Under the pieces are notes generated by a model. The model was not told the DNA's origin. It did no database searches and worked only from the letters and a program-made list of their open reading frames with translations. Below, piece after piece: positions 20,201 to 26,628 of a DNA stretch of 64,000 nucleotides. The DNA is from a virus: the IMG/VR virus record IMGVR_UViG_3300028844_007948, positions 32,001 to 96,000 of that record. One strand, given 5' to 3'. The first letter of the stretch is position 1; each line of letters opens with the position of its first letter. A program made the position numbers and the translations under genes.

Positions 20201-22018
20201 GGAGCATTTGAGCAGCTTAATGCCATTAATCAAGGACAGAAAACCATTCGCGCTGGTGTTGGAGTAGGAATTATGGATAAAGTTGTTGACCAGGAAAGAA
20301 GGCAACTAAATTTTGACACAATAAACCAAGATCCAACATCAACACCACTAGAAAGAGCAAGAGGAAAAGCAGAACTACAATCATTCACCATAGGAACAAA
20401 AGATCAAAGAGTTCAAATGGGGAGCCTCAGGGACGAACAAGCCCTTCAAAATAGAGATTTAATTGATGCTGAAAGAGACAGATTAAATGCAGTATCCGCA
20501 GGAAAAGCAGCTAAGACTGACGAAGCAAAGTTTGCCGCAAAAAGTGTGGAAGAATCAGCTGTTGCTAGAATAGCAGAATTAAAAGGTACAATAGAAAACC
20601 TTGACAAAAGTATGCTAGACTTAGCTCATCAAATGGAGAGAACTACCCCAAGAGATAAAGGGTTCGTCTCTGAATTTAAACAAAATACATCGATGGGGCT
20701 TGAGTTAGGTTTTGCTGAAATAGAAGCTCAATCTGAGCAAATATATACAAGACTAGGACAAGACTTGCCAATGGTTTTCAGAGATGGTCTTGTAGACGCA
20801 ATGCAAGCAGCCTTAGACGGAAGTCAAAAATTAGGAGATTCCTTTGAGCAAATAGGAATGTCTTTATTACAAAACATACAGAAAGCATTCCTGACAAGTG
20901 CTTCAAACAGAATAACTGGTGCCGTAGGATCTGTGTTTGGGCTAGACGGTTATAATACTGGGGGATATGTAAATGGTGGAAGTGGAATAAAAGATGATGT
21001 CCCAGCGATGTTAATGGGGGGAGAGTATGTAATCAAAAGGAGTGCTGTACAAAAATACGGAGTAAACTTTTTAGAAAACTTAAATCAAGGAAGTATACAA
21101 GGGTTTGCTGGAGGAGGAGCCGTTCTTAATGTAGGATCTCCAATGGCAGCAGAAAGAGAGTCTTATGTAGACAAAAGTAAATATGGAAATGTAACTAGAT
21201 ATAAAACAAAACAAGCTGGTATAGGAATCAATAGTCAGCTTACTGGATATGCAATAGCAAATGATAGAAGTATACAGAAATACTTTAGAGATCAAGAGAC
21301 TCAATTTAATCAGAATTTAAATACAAAAAAACAAGAAGAAGCAAGACAGAAAAATAAAGATTACGAGAAGAAGGCAAAGAAAAGAAGCTTTTGGAATATG
21401 GTTATAGGAATAGCTGGATCCGCTTTATTGGGGAAAGCTGTTCAATGGGGTACTGATAAGTTCAAGCAAACCGATTTTTACAAAAATAGAGCTGCAGCTA
21501 AGGCTGAAAGGTCTATGGCGGATAATGGATATGTTCAAGTAAGAGGTAAAAGCATTCAGCGATTATACCCAAAACCTTCAGACCAATCTGGTGTCAGGAA
21601 AATGATTAGCAATGCCCACAGGGATGGAGGCTGGAAAGCTGCATCTACAATAATGCGGGATAATAATATAAGAGGTACTGTTGACGAAACTGGGGTACAA
21701 CTAAATAAAGGCGGCGCAGTACCAGCAAGGCTTACTGGAGGGGAATATGTAATGAGTCCAGGAGCTGTTAAAACTTATGGCTCTTCATTGATGCAGAATT
21801 TAAACAATGGCTCCATACAAACTGGCGGTCAATCTGGTCAATCTGGTCAAGTAAGTAATGTTTCCCATGGAGATGTGAATATAAGTATAAATGTAGACAA
21901 TTCTGGAGGAGCTTCTTCTGGAGGAGGTTTAAATTCACCAGAGTTTGCGTCAAAAGTCAAGAGTGCAGTAATGAATATAATTTCACAAGAAAAAAGAGTT
22001 GGAGGGAGTTTGAGGTAA
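11288..22018 (+). CDS. Tape measure protein (3576 aa) with internal motif-delimited cargo array
   Basis: N-terminal TP901-type TMP core (ELARQG, GNSFKTIFTR), long helical/coiled-coil regions, Gly-rich hydrophobic segments, two C-terminal VPAxLxGGEYV motifs. Located between tube and tip genes. Confidence 0.9.
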   Translation: MPLKIPTIQVGLEKSIQKAVKNVSARGGLYLSLNDKNFTRPLGKITGSVSEFNRSLEASNARVLAFGASVGMIQGVQTAFKALLQTTIQVEKQLTEINIVMGLTNSQLDDFSKGLFKVAKNTAQSFSTVATAATELARQGLTMEETLKRTNDALILTRLTGLDAASAVNGLTAALNTFNKAGLDSTQILSKMAAVDVQFAVSTEDLIDAVSRAGAVAQDAGVSFDELLGAVTAAQQMTARGGKVIGNSFKTIFTRVQRSTTISRLEELGIAVRDVAGNTLPAIRVLENLSATYDKLADTTKAAVAEQVGGVFQINILKAAINDLSSSNSILARATQISASASDEAYKKNEILNRSLSALSSQAATSITELSNIIGEIGFSNQIRDYLTFIRDQVSSINDFLGQKEGESAGADFAKGLIKGIGNVISGPGLLLAAGVLIKLFAKTSTFLVGSAKELMGVVSASQRQKQVQESIVAVLGENSSLQKRILAQEGNRAAQEKTILTLLQAQSREQQRIAATAKAVGPAILRAGFNTSLQRGGKIASSGLIPNYVTPKEKEMEKQGARDGGYTPGTVKSMDIKGKGRIIYNTAEKVKKFSGMSEPAILPPWRSKAGRKYKNTFEETHGFNPYANKGMIPNYSKSRSNITFKEMGGGQIGGPPRQVLFKSTVGGEKFTDAQTMEIVDPKNGGKMGLQVIFTGDSPSEMRGKGYGRELYEYMAKYAKRNGYGGLYGDMGTSISAMRVVDSIAKRKSFKVEKNPDLKFIKDDFEEEGIWGSDDWTYRLSNKGLIPNYGAFSHDKNLLGSLLANDFAKDGRIKYLDALSYVDEKGLTSILKSFNKYGEHDGWKASWPGMPVNQLMKNFPKYSTGGKPYDSGAKGLYSGLTPTRIKEILEKPEITRQFYKYITGKTSSIDVESGLTPQEKDYFKSNFGMVPKLKHIEDGFVSSGANQKKKNLNALRYDFLKAGPKGGSSTMSKIKTQFRGTLFKDPKRRANLFRQNNELAPDPILQLPYDPGRRHIDPNIRMAQPGDYLKAQQLKLEQEMMGSQSGILRGSSFRASDMGRMRSALSFNTSARDYQNKFLVNEFEELMKGQEGKRDPMSFSKAERRISGRLKVNPRIRSFYENMTRATRSKWGFSGGMIPNFGLKINAGAMKSIGLQSTLGQAKSRQEGVIGMSELDKILQSNLFKSIKYLPLKSDTPIMIKNARYGVHSLKKGAPPPKGFKSWKDFDENSPLGRTRVVYAKPKTESEKPFKRLKLERIESINHQGKTLTVDPNLANNGLIPNFIFKKLKTVSQAVKTFKEDTGAFSAGTRNNIWSTTQNKIKLRSSNYDDVRQFVNSKSFRLLDPAEQKRIKSDLKAQSESLNMNDVTRPYFQYDDPDYQGAIHANKGLIPNYSKLFSEGAKNVLSKNPQYTGAVQEAIQREASFGLTPKVVEAHSLKSSKNPGLAVVNQEQESGSLQKARILHGGLNPNQKTSAVPNYAKTQVDVTKVLQLRKESVRNINDVGLNSVSKSFDRAANVIDKFSTSVKSAQSYLGQQGTEYAKSSELIKEANLREKARLGTLEKETSARKKYMREVLRKDSLAKLSSRSGPVGELATQFMGSSNFEKDLKFRMGVAKEANDFETLKGLKKFDKAIDESARGMFNNATTKASILNSQLRESTKDGNKLKRFQGAEGFGKREMRKFFSQSFLQERGIQTLDSKESMNVMASMGERGEKAFQDYVKSQGVMSSNKTLARAGLRTGDFSSLLGGNDGKNFIKQLEKYQRMVDGGAKGKGTARRELMREAARIGADSASSEKLQSMVLSTQKQVKDDAPKGAPQSARDRISGGRISGALGSFQSGMSGSGLRSQGFMGLVGNRAGQGINRFGTGAKNFMKGGFGAAGGQMGLGLSIAAPMLAGMVANKTPREDRAVLQNGQFNVQGTGADTASSTLMGVGMGAIFGAPGAIVGGVIGFVQSLTKATLTIDEQIRVREKEIAIIGQNVQAAQSLQNLSSARAEAFAVGDSDRIAEIDTAMNRALAGVNDKKTLTALAASGGDSDALSKIQRQLQDQMTNAVSVQNFGVALKNSDQQKAAKNAGVAMGGMIAQAIRNENVDESTALDILRNIQTSTAQKEKSGMLDTKSLNALRKKASGGQELTSGLGMAGGLAGGLMAGGAALSMSGVGMPLGLAMAAAGAGIGILSGRAIESGAAKSDLEKQQKLGLDEINELSKLVDAGAMTETAMNQLVAAFREGEISMGDIAKEAESAVVEFQKIKKASDRASSALFNIDQSFKRTIGKMVVDLEVNKIRSAAESNARKSNVNFTSQFMSPISASDFLAREQSKILASDAQGRVGQFQRETDINFLRGVQSKSKSLNFGGPQMEFVRKTVEDQGVGSIESMIRRREMSGVMNLNLNTKNLDDIFEKVGVKGGVDAFNKDSKITMPENLNELKDLLGTGDKDEQKRIMDELVANLPKARQEGSMQTKFTRALEGADVQTLTEIIDLRKEQFRIVQEQILAERKNLSIQIAQQKIQTQIQAKLESLRQESSNRSMALDTNMIGVRGRADTNRSLTGFEAQSPIFRGMSSDAEESKRQTGLRKRVFDEDIKVRKAEALNMLKKEAVRLLSEKNLVDALNDLKSSIEKETDFAATEGNQVGSQKGQQIPVKTEPSSAASSASGAGAGKSPAVKMGKQMSSFKTSGNNEEGSKRIKEIGKKIDQNNIEIKTQESKLNTESSVEDTLATKLKKYKGVLKQLENLNNLPENKTSFSKPGNLFKRNERDDSRESAKRKLQDLDLNQFSKVTGTRLDVFDGFDSGDSGGSYVQTSRDATDAEMIKSMTDLVEKTESQLQETRSKKGSTESAIEKAKSEIQEQKKQIEEIEKQMAEGVVELSDTLKGQNISLKNINVEKTANLTKDLFKADSIEGLTETLNKNLEDIKANDPSGQIALQLQGWGELVNNVGASLDDAVRAFNVEEAKRAQEEFNRNLTFSNYSSGAFEQLNAINQGQKTIRAGVGVGIMDKVVDQERRQLNFDTINQDPTSTPLERARGKAELQSFTIGTKDQRVQMGSLRDEQALQNRDLIDAERDRLNAVSAGKAAKTDEAKFAAKSVEESAVARIAELKGTIENLDKSMLDLAHQMERTTPRDKGFVSEFKQNTSMGLELGFAEIEAQSEQIYTRLGQDLPMVFRDGLVDAMQAALDGSQKLGDSFEQIGMSLLQNIQKAFLTSASNRITGAVGSVFGLDGYNTGGYVNGGSGIKDDVPAMLMGGEYVIKRSAVQKYGVNFLENLNQGSIQGFAGGGAVLNVGSPMAAERESYVDKSKYGNVTRYKTKQAGIGINSQLTGYAIANDRSIQKYFRDQETQFNQNLNTKKQEEARQKNKDYEKKAKKRSFWNMVIGIAGSALLGKAVQWGTDKFKQTDFYKNRAAAKAERSMADNGYVQVRGKSIQRLYPKPSDQSGVRKMISNAHRDGGWKAASTIMRDNNIRGTVDETGVQLNKGGAVPARLTGGEYVMSPGAVKTYGSSLMQNLNNGSIQTGGQSGQSGQVSNVSHGDVNISINVDNSGGASSGGGLNSPEFASKVKSAVMNIISQEKRVGGSLR
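12908..15724 (+). repeat. Eight dispersed peptide repeats [AS]NxG[LM]IPN[YF] in TMP
   Basis: ASSGLIPNY 12908, ANKGMIPNY 13169, SNKGLIPNY 13628, SNFGMVPKL 14060 (degenerate), FSGGMIPNF 14684, ANNGLIPNF 15110, ANKGLIPNY 15440, KTSAVPNY 15701 (degenerate). Confidence 0.9.
13196..13627 (+). other. GNAT acetyltransferase domain embedded in TMP
   Basis: Acetyl-CoA binding motif A MRGKGYGRELY, followed by helix, LYGD and SISAMRVV. Exactly bounded by two delimiter repeats. Confidence 0.75.
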
Positions 22019-22019
22019 A

Positions 22020-22850
22020 ATGGGCGGTTATGTACATAATGCGGATCAATCATTCTATATAAATGGACTGCAAATTTCTGGTGTAAGATCTGTATCTGCA
22101 AATTATCAAATACCATCAGAAGATAATGATTTTTTAGGTTATGTCGGGGCTGCAGATTTTATGCAAAACGCTCCAGGAGTGGCAAACTTTTCTGTAGAAA
22201 GGTCTATGATAACAATGGATCAACCAATAACAGAATTATTAGTTACTAATTCTGGGTTTGATGGAGGACTTACCTTCAACAATAAAAATTTTAACTTTCA
22301 GAGTGGATATATAAATTCATATCAATGCTCGTTTTCTGTAGATAGTGTTGCGGAATCATCTTTAAGTTTAACAGCATTTGGTGAAGTTGGTCCAAATGTA
22401 GAAATAAAAAAAAACACTCAGGAGCAAAAAGAATTATTTATTCCTACAAACAGCGGTATAAAAGTAGAATGCGACGGAAGGGAAAGTAATAGGGTTCTAA
22501 GTTTTTCGTTTTCTACTAACATTAAAAATGATCCAGTATATAAAATAGGTTCAATATATCCCTGTGAAATAGTTCAGTCCTTGCCTATAAGGCAAACATT
22601 TAATATTGAAATGGAAATAGATGATTTTGATTCAAAAAATGTATATGATTATATGAGGACTGGAATACATTTTGAAACGATAAGGGTTAAGTTACAAAAT
22701 CAATGCGGAGAAAAAAGAGAAGTTGAGTACTTATTTAAAGATGCTCATTTGCTGTCTCAAAACCTAAGCACAGACGCTGAAAACAATACAAAAGTTGAGC
22801 TTTCATATTCTACGGTTTCTAGATATAAACCCGATATTTTTTATAAATGA
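22020..22850 (+). CDS. Tail tube-like minor tail protein
   Basis: Duplicated VRSVSANYQIP..LG / VLSFSFSTNIKNDPVYKIG pattern, similar to 9428..11176. Confidence 0.55.
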   Translation: MGGYVHNADQSFYINGLQISGVRSVSANYQIPSEDNDFLGYVGAADFMQNAPGVANFSVERSMITMDQPITELLVTNSGFDGGLTFNNKNFNFQSGYINSYQCSFSVDSVAESSLSLTAFGEVGPNVEIKKNTQEQKELFIPTNSGIKVECDGRESNRVLSFSFSTNIKNDPVYKIGSIYPCEIVQSLPIRQTFNIEMEIDDFDSKNVYDYMRTGIHFETIRVKLQNQCGEKREVEYLFKDAHLLSQNLSTDAENNTKVELSYSTVSRYKPDIFYK

Positions 22851-23608
22851 AATATATAAGACATCAAGAATGCGAAATACAGATAAATGGAGAAAAATTT
22901 TTTGCAAAAGATGCTTCTTTGTCAACATCAACTTCTATTGAGGCAAAACGGGTATACGGAGGAGAATTAAGAAATTATCTGGCAAGCTCTGCTGAAAGTG
23001 CAAATGTACAGTTTAGTTATTATTTAACTGGGAAAGAAGACTCCATAGGATTTTTAACTGGAAATAATTCTTGCTCTGGAAGTTTTTGTGGAATAAATTT
23101 TTCTGGAGCATATTTAACTAACTATGGAATAGAGATAGCTCCATATAAGCCTGTGCAATTCAGTGCATCATTTGATATTTATAGTGGGTTTGAGAGTGAA
23201 ACTAAAACTGGATCCTTCACTACAGACCCAGTGAAATTCGCAAACGGAGCATATACTGAACTTTTAAATTTTAATAAAAATAATATAGGCTTAGATTTTC
23301 CAACAAATATATCATACTCAGTAGAATGCGAAAGAAAACCTAGCTATGTAATAGGACAACAATATCCTCAGGATGTGGTCCAGGGAAAGGTATCGAGAAT
23401 GATTTCTATAAATGGAGAAAACATTGGAAAGGTCATCGATTATTCAGGTAGGGATTTTGCAAAAGTATCCATATCTCCCAAAACAATGGATTATGCAGCA
23501 AGAGGTAGAACTATAGAATGTGAGGGAATAATAACAAGTCAAAATTTAAGCATATCAACTAAAGGCTTAATGAATGGTAGTATAGAAGTAATGGAGAGTA
23601 TGAGATGA
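22847..23608 (+). CDS. Tail tube-like minor tail protein
   Basis: FAKDASLSTSTSIEAKRVYG / PTNISYSVECERKPSYVIG duplicated tube-like pattern. Confidence 0.5.
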   Translation: MKYIRHQECEIQINGEKFFAKDASLSTSTSIEAKRVYGGELRNYLASSAESANVQFSYYLTGKEDSIGFLTGNNSCSGSFCGINFSGAYLTNYGIEIAPYKPVQFSASFDIYSGFESETKTGSFTTDPVKFANGAYTELLNFNKNNIGLDFPTNISYSVECERKPSYVIGQQYPQDVVQGKVSRMISINGENIGKVIDYSGRDFAKVSISPKTMDYAARGRTIECEGIITSQNLSISTKGLMNGSIEVMESMR

Positions 23609-24579
23609 ATACTTTAAACAAAACAAGATTCTGGAATTTAGAAAAAGATTATTATGTAGACTCTGAAAATGTGGGGTCTGATTTTTATAATAATTACGAA
23701 AGTTTTATAAAAGGATCAAAAATAGATTCAAACCTTAAAAATTTTAAATACAATAACCCCTTTTCTTTTATTCCTTCTTATAATTCATCTGTATCTATAA
23801 CTTTTTTAAATAAAGTATCTTCCTATGGAGATAATTATATATCAATAGAACCACGGTCATTGAATAGAATAATTTTTGAAGCTAACTTAAGTTTTGATAA
23901 TAGAAATGACGATGAATCTTCTAATATAGTTGAATACATTAATTCCAAAAAAGGGGCTGATTATTTTCCGCTTCAAATGATAGATAGGAATGGATTAAGT
24001 AATGAAAATGCATATAAATCCCTATTTTCGATAAAACCTTATTTTGTGCAAGAATTTAGTTGCAATAAGATTACTTCCAGTTCAACCTACAAAGGAGATA
24101 ATAATATTCAATTAATTTTTCTGAATGATTTAATAACACAAACAACTGTTAGAAATATAATTTATGTAAATTCTATGCCTGAAGACAAAAAACAGATAGT
24201 AAATGAATATTGGCATAAAGAAAAACTAGATATAAGACCTTCTTACCCACTTTCAAGAGAAGAAGATTTTAAAGTCTCTAATGTTAATTTAGGAAGTTCA
24301 AAAACATACATAGAAAAAGATGGAGTTAACCCAAAATTAGCTACAATAAACTTAAATTTTAATGGCATAGACGACGATACTTTGTTAAAACTTTTAGCAT
24401 TTTTTCTATCAAAACAAGGGTATGAAAGTTTTGAATTTGAACTAGAAAAGCCAGAAAAGAAAGTTATAAATGTAACAGCTTCGAAAATACAGCATACTTT
24501 TCTTTACATGAACTCTCATAATGTAAGCATTAGTATTTCAGAAGTCCCCGTGAGGAGAAAATTTTTCTTCAAACCTTAG
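23605..24579 (+). CDS. Lambda gpM-like distal tail protein, tandem duplicated domain
   Basis: PSY...YGDNY...LN...LSFDNR...I.EYI.SKKG.DYF and a second copy PSY...GVN...LNF...L.FF.SKQGYESF. Precedes gpL. Confidence 0.65.
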   Translation: MNTLNKTRFWNLEKDYYVDSENVGSDFYNNYESFIKGSKIDSNLKNFKYNNPFSFIPSYNSSVSITFLNKVSSYGDNYISIEPRSLNRIIFEANLSFDNRNDDESSNIVEYINSKKGADYFPLQMIDRNGLSNENAYKSLFSIKPYFVQEFSCNKITSSSTYKGDNNIQLIFLNDLITQTTVRNIIYVNSMPEDKKQIVNEYWHKEKLDIRPSYPLSREEDFKVSNVNLGSSKTYIEKDGVNPKLATINLNFNGIDDDTLLKLLAFFLSKQGYESFEFELEKPEKKVINVTASKIQHTFLYMNSHNVSISISEVPVRRKFFFKP

Positions 24580-24612
24580 TCGAAAAAACTTGAATAAAAA
24601 ATATTATATATA

Positions 24613-25518
24613 ATGGCATTTCTAAAAAAAGAAGAGGTAAACGCGGAACTATTTAATCATAGCAAAAATTCCTGTATAGAATTTTTAGAAATATCAGAGA
24701 TTCCAAACTCCAGCGATGTTATAAGATTCCACGGGGGTTTAAATTCGATACATGAATCTGTTTACTTTGATAGTAAAGAATATTTTTACATACCATATGA
24801 GGGTAGTGATTTCGGGACCAGATCTGACGGAAGAGTTTCAAGGCCGACTATAAAGATCATAAACTTTAGCGGTTTTCTTTCTAAATTTATGATGGGCAAA
24901 GATGATCTACTAAAATCAAGGGTTAAGAGAATTAGAACTTTCTTTAGATTCCTGGATAAAGAAAACTTTTTAAATTATGATTCAGAGAAGCAATTCTGGG
25001 ACTCAATGGGAATAAACCCTGATCCAGAAGCTGTACTCAGGCCTGATATTTGGTATATAAATCAAAAAATAGAAGAAAATAAATTCTTTGTCGAGTTTGA
25101 GCTTTCTAATGCATTAGATTTAGAGGGGTCAACTCTACCAAGAAGACAAATAATAAACAATTATTGCTATTGGAAATACAGAGGGAAGGGATGCAGGTAT
25201 TCAGGGGGAGTCGTTGCAGATTCTAATAATGTTAAATTTGACAAAACGAGCTTAACACCAAAAGGTGAGTGGGCCGAAGGCATTGATTATGTTTTAGGAA
25301 ATGTAGTTTATTTATGGACTAGAGAGGGGCACGGGCAAAGAGCTTTAATGTATGTTTGCACTGAACCTCACACATCTTCAGATGAAACCAGACCTTCAAT
25401 AAATTCTAAAAATTGGGCAATGGATGCATGCTCGAAAACATTAAAAGGATGCAGAATGAGATTTGGTGAGAAATCCGTACTTCCTTATGGCGGATTCCCG
25501 TCAAGTAGACTTTACTAA
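24613..25518 (+). CDS. Lambda gpL-like minor tail protein (Fe-S cluster Cys motif)
   Basis: LPRRQIINNYCYWKYRGKGCRY...DACSKTLKGCRMRFG...PYGGFP hallmark, plus RPTIKI and VEFELSNALD. Confidence 0.9.
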   Translation: MAFLKKEEVNAELFNHSKNSCIEFLEISEIPNSSDVIRFHGGLNSIHESVYFDSKEYFYIPYEGSDFGTRSDGRVSRPTIKIINFSGFLSKFMMGKDDLLKSRVKRIRTFFRFLDKENFLNYDSEKQFWDSMGINPDPEAVLRPDIWYINQKIEENKFFVEFELSNALDLEGSTLPRRQIINNYCYWKYRGKGCRYSGGVVADSNNVKFDKTSLTPKGEWAEGIDYVLGNVVYLWTREGHGQRALMYVCTEPHTSSDETRPSINSKNWAMDACSKTLKGCRMRFGEKSVLPYGGFPSSRLY

Positions 25519-25520
25519 AA

Positions 25521-25901
25521 ATGCAAGAAGAAATTTTAAATAATATAAAAAAAATATCGGAAGCTAATCCTGAAGAGGAAGTGTGCGGCTTCTGGGTCTC
25601 TTGCAAGAAGCAACCAATAATTCAATGCAAAAATGTAGCACTAGATCGGGAAAACAACTTTGAAATATCTGCGGAAGAATATATAAACACATTTAATACA
25701 AAAAATATAATTCTACTATTTCATTCTCACCCAAAAGACACCGAAAGATTTTCAAAAGAAGATTTGTATATAAGTCAGCAATTAGAGATGCCAATATTAG
25801 TATACAGTAATGCAACAAAAAAATTTAATTTTTATAAGCCAGATTCAATAAAAAAAAATAAAACACTAAATACTATAGAAAAAAGTGTAGTTACATACTA
25901 A
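25521..25901 (+). CDS. Lambda gpK-like JAB/MPN metalloprotease (no NlpC/P60 domain)
   Basis: EVCG...CKNVA...FHSHP...FSKED JAMM motif. Only 126 aa. Confidence 0.85.
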   Translation: MQEEILNNIKKISEANPEEEVCGFWVSCKKQPIIQCKNVALDRENNFEISAEEYINTFNTKNIILLFHSHPKDTERFSKEDLYISQQLEMPILVYSNATKKFNFYKPDSIKKNKTLNTIEKSVVTY

Positions 25902-25914
25902 GGAAAAGGAAATG
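25885..25914 (+). promoter_or_regulatory. GTGTA motif plus tandem AAGGAA leader of gpI-like gene
   Basis: gtgtagttacatactaaggaaaaggaaATG, same 30-nt layout as the TMP leader. Confidence 0.45.
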
Positions 25915-26625
25915 AAAATTATTCTGCACGGACATATAGGAACAAAATTTGGCAAAGAATGGGATTTAAGTGTAAAGTCTCCAAATGAAGGTCTCAGGGC
26001 TATAGATGCTAATACGGGTGGATTCTTTTCTTATTTGGGGAGTAAAGAGAATGAAAATTTATATTTTAGGATATACAGGGATAAGAATTCTATAGGAAAT
26101 CATGAAGAACTCGGACTTGAGTCGAGCAATACAAATACTGTACATTTTTTTCCTATAATTAAAGGGTCCTCCGAAAGGTCAAGAGAGGCCAATAGAATGA
26201 TGGGATATGGAGCACTTGGCCTGGGTGTATCTTGGGGTCTGGATTACTTAGGAGCACAAATAGGCGGAACATTTGGTGCAATTCTGGGTTGGGTTGCTGA
26301 TATAGGTTATGAAATAAGTGCCTCCATGATGATACAAGGAGCAATGATGCATTTAACAAAAGATCCTCCCGACCCTCCTAATCATGAAGATGCTCAAATA
26401 GCATCAAAATCAACTACATCTTATACTTTTTCTAGACCTCTAAATAATACTACCCAGGGTGCTGTTGTTCCAGTTGGTTATGGGAGATTAAGAATAGGTA
26501 GTCATGTAATATCTTCTCATTTGATGAACAGTAGACTAGCAGCATTTAATCAAGTAAGAAATTCGACAGAAGATGATAATGGAAATTTAGTAGGAGCTGT
26601 CAATGTTGATCACTATACACTATAA
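25912..26625 (+). CDS. Lambda gpI-like tail assembly protein (ubiquitin-like N-domain)
   Basis: IILHGHIGTKFG...SPNEGLRAI...HFFPIIKGS, a hydrophobic segment, then SYTFS...NTTQGAVVPVGYGRLRIGSHVIS. Confidence 0.9.
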   Translation: MKIILHGHIGTKFGKEWDLSVKSPNEGLRAIDANTGGFFSYLGSKENENLYFRIYRDKNSIGNHEELGLESSNTNTVHFFPIIKGSSERSREANRMMGYGALGLGVSWGLDYLGAQIGGTFGAILGWVADIGYEISASMMIQGAMMHLTKDPPDPPNHEDAQIASKSTTSYTFSRPLNNTTQGAVVPVGYGRLRIGSHVISSHLMNSRLAAFNQVRNSTEDDNGNLVGAVNVDHYTL

Positions 26626-26628
26626 GTC

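Noticed and set aside
21827-21850. 9-bp tandem repeat GGTCAATCT (GQSGQSGQ)
   Set aside because: Only about 2.7 copies in a low-complexity linker; no evidence of function.
24590-24614. Sigma-70 promoter TTGAAT...TATAAT (also 51524-51548)
   Set aside because: Spacer is 13 nt rather than about 17, and at 24609 the TATAAT overlaps the start codon. Expected by chance in AT-rich DNA.
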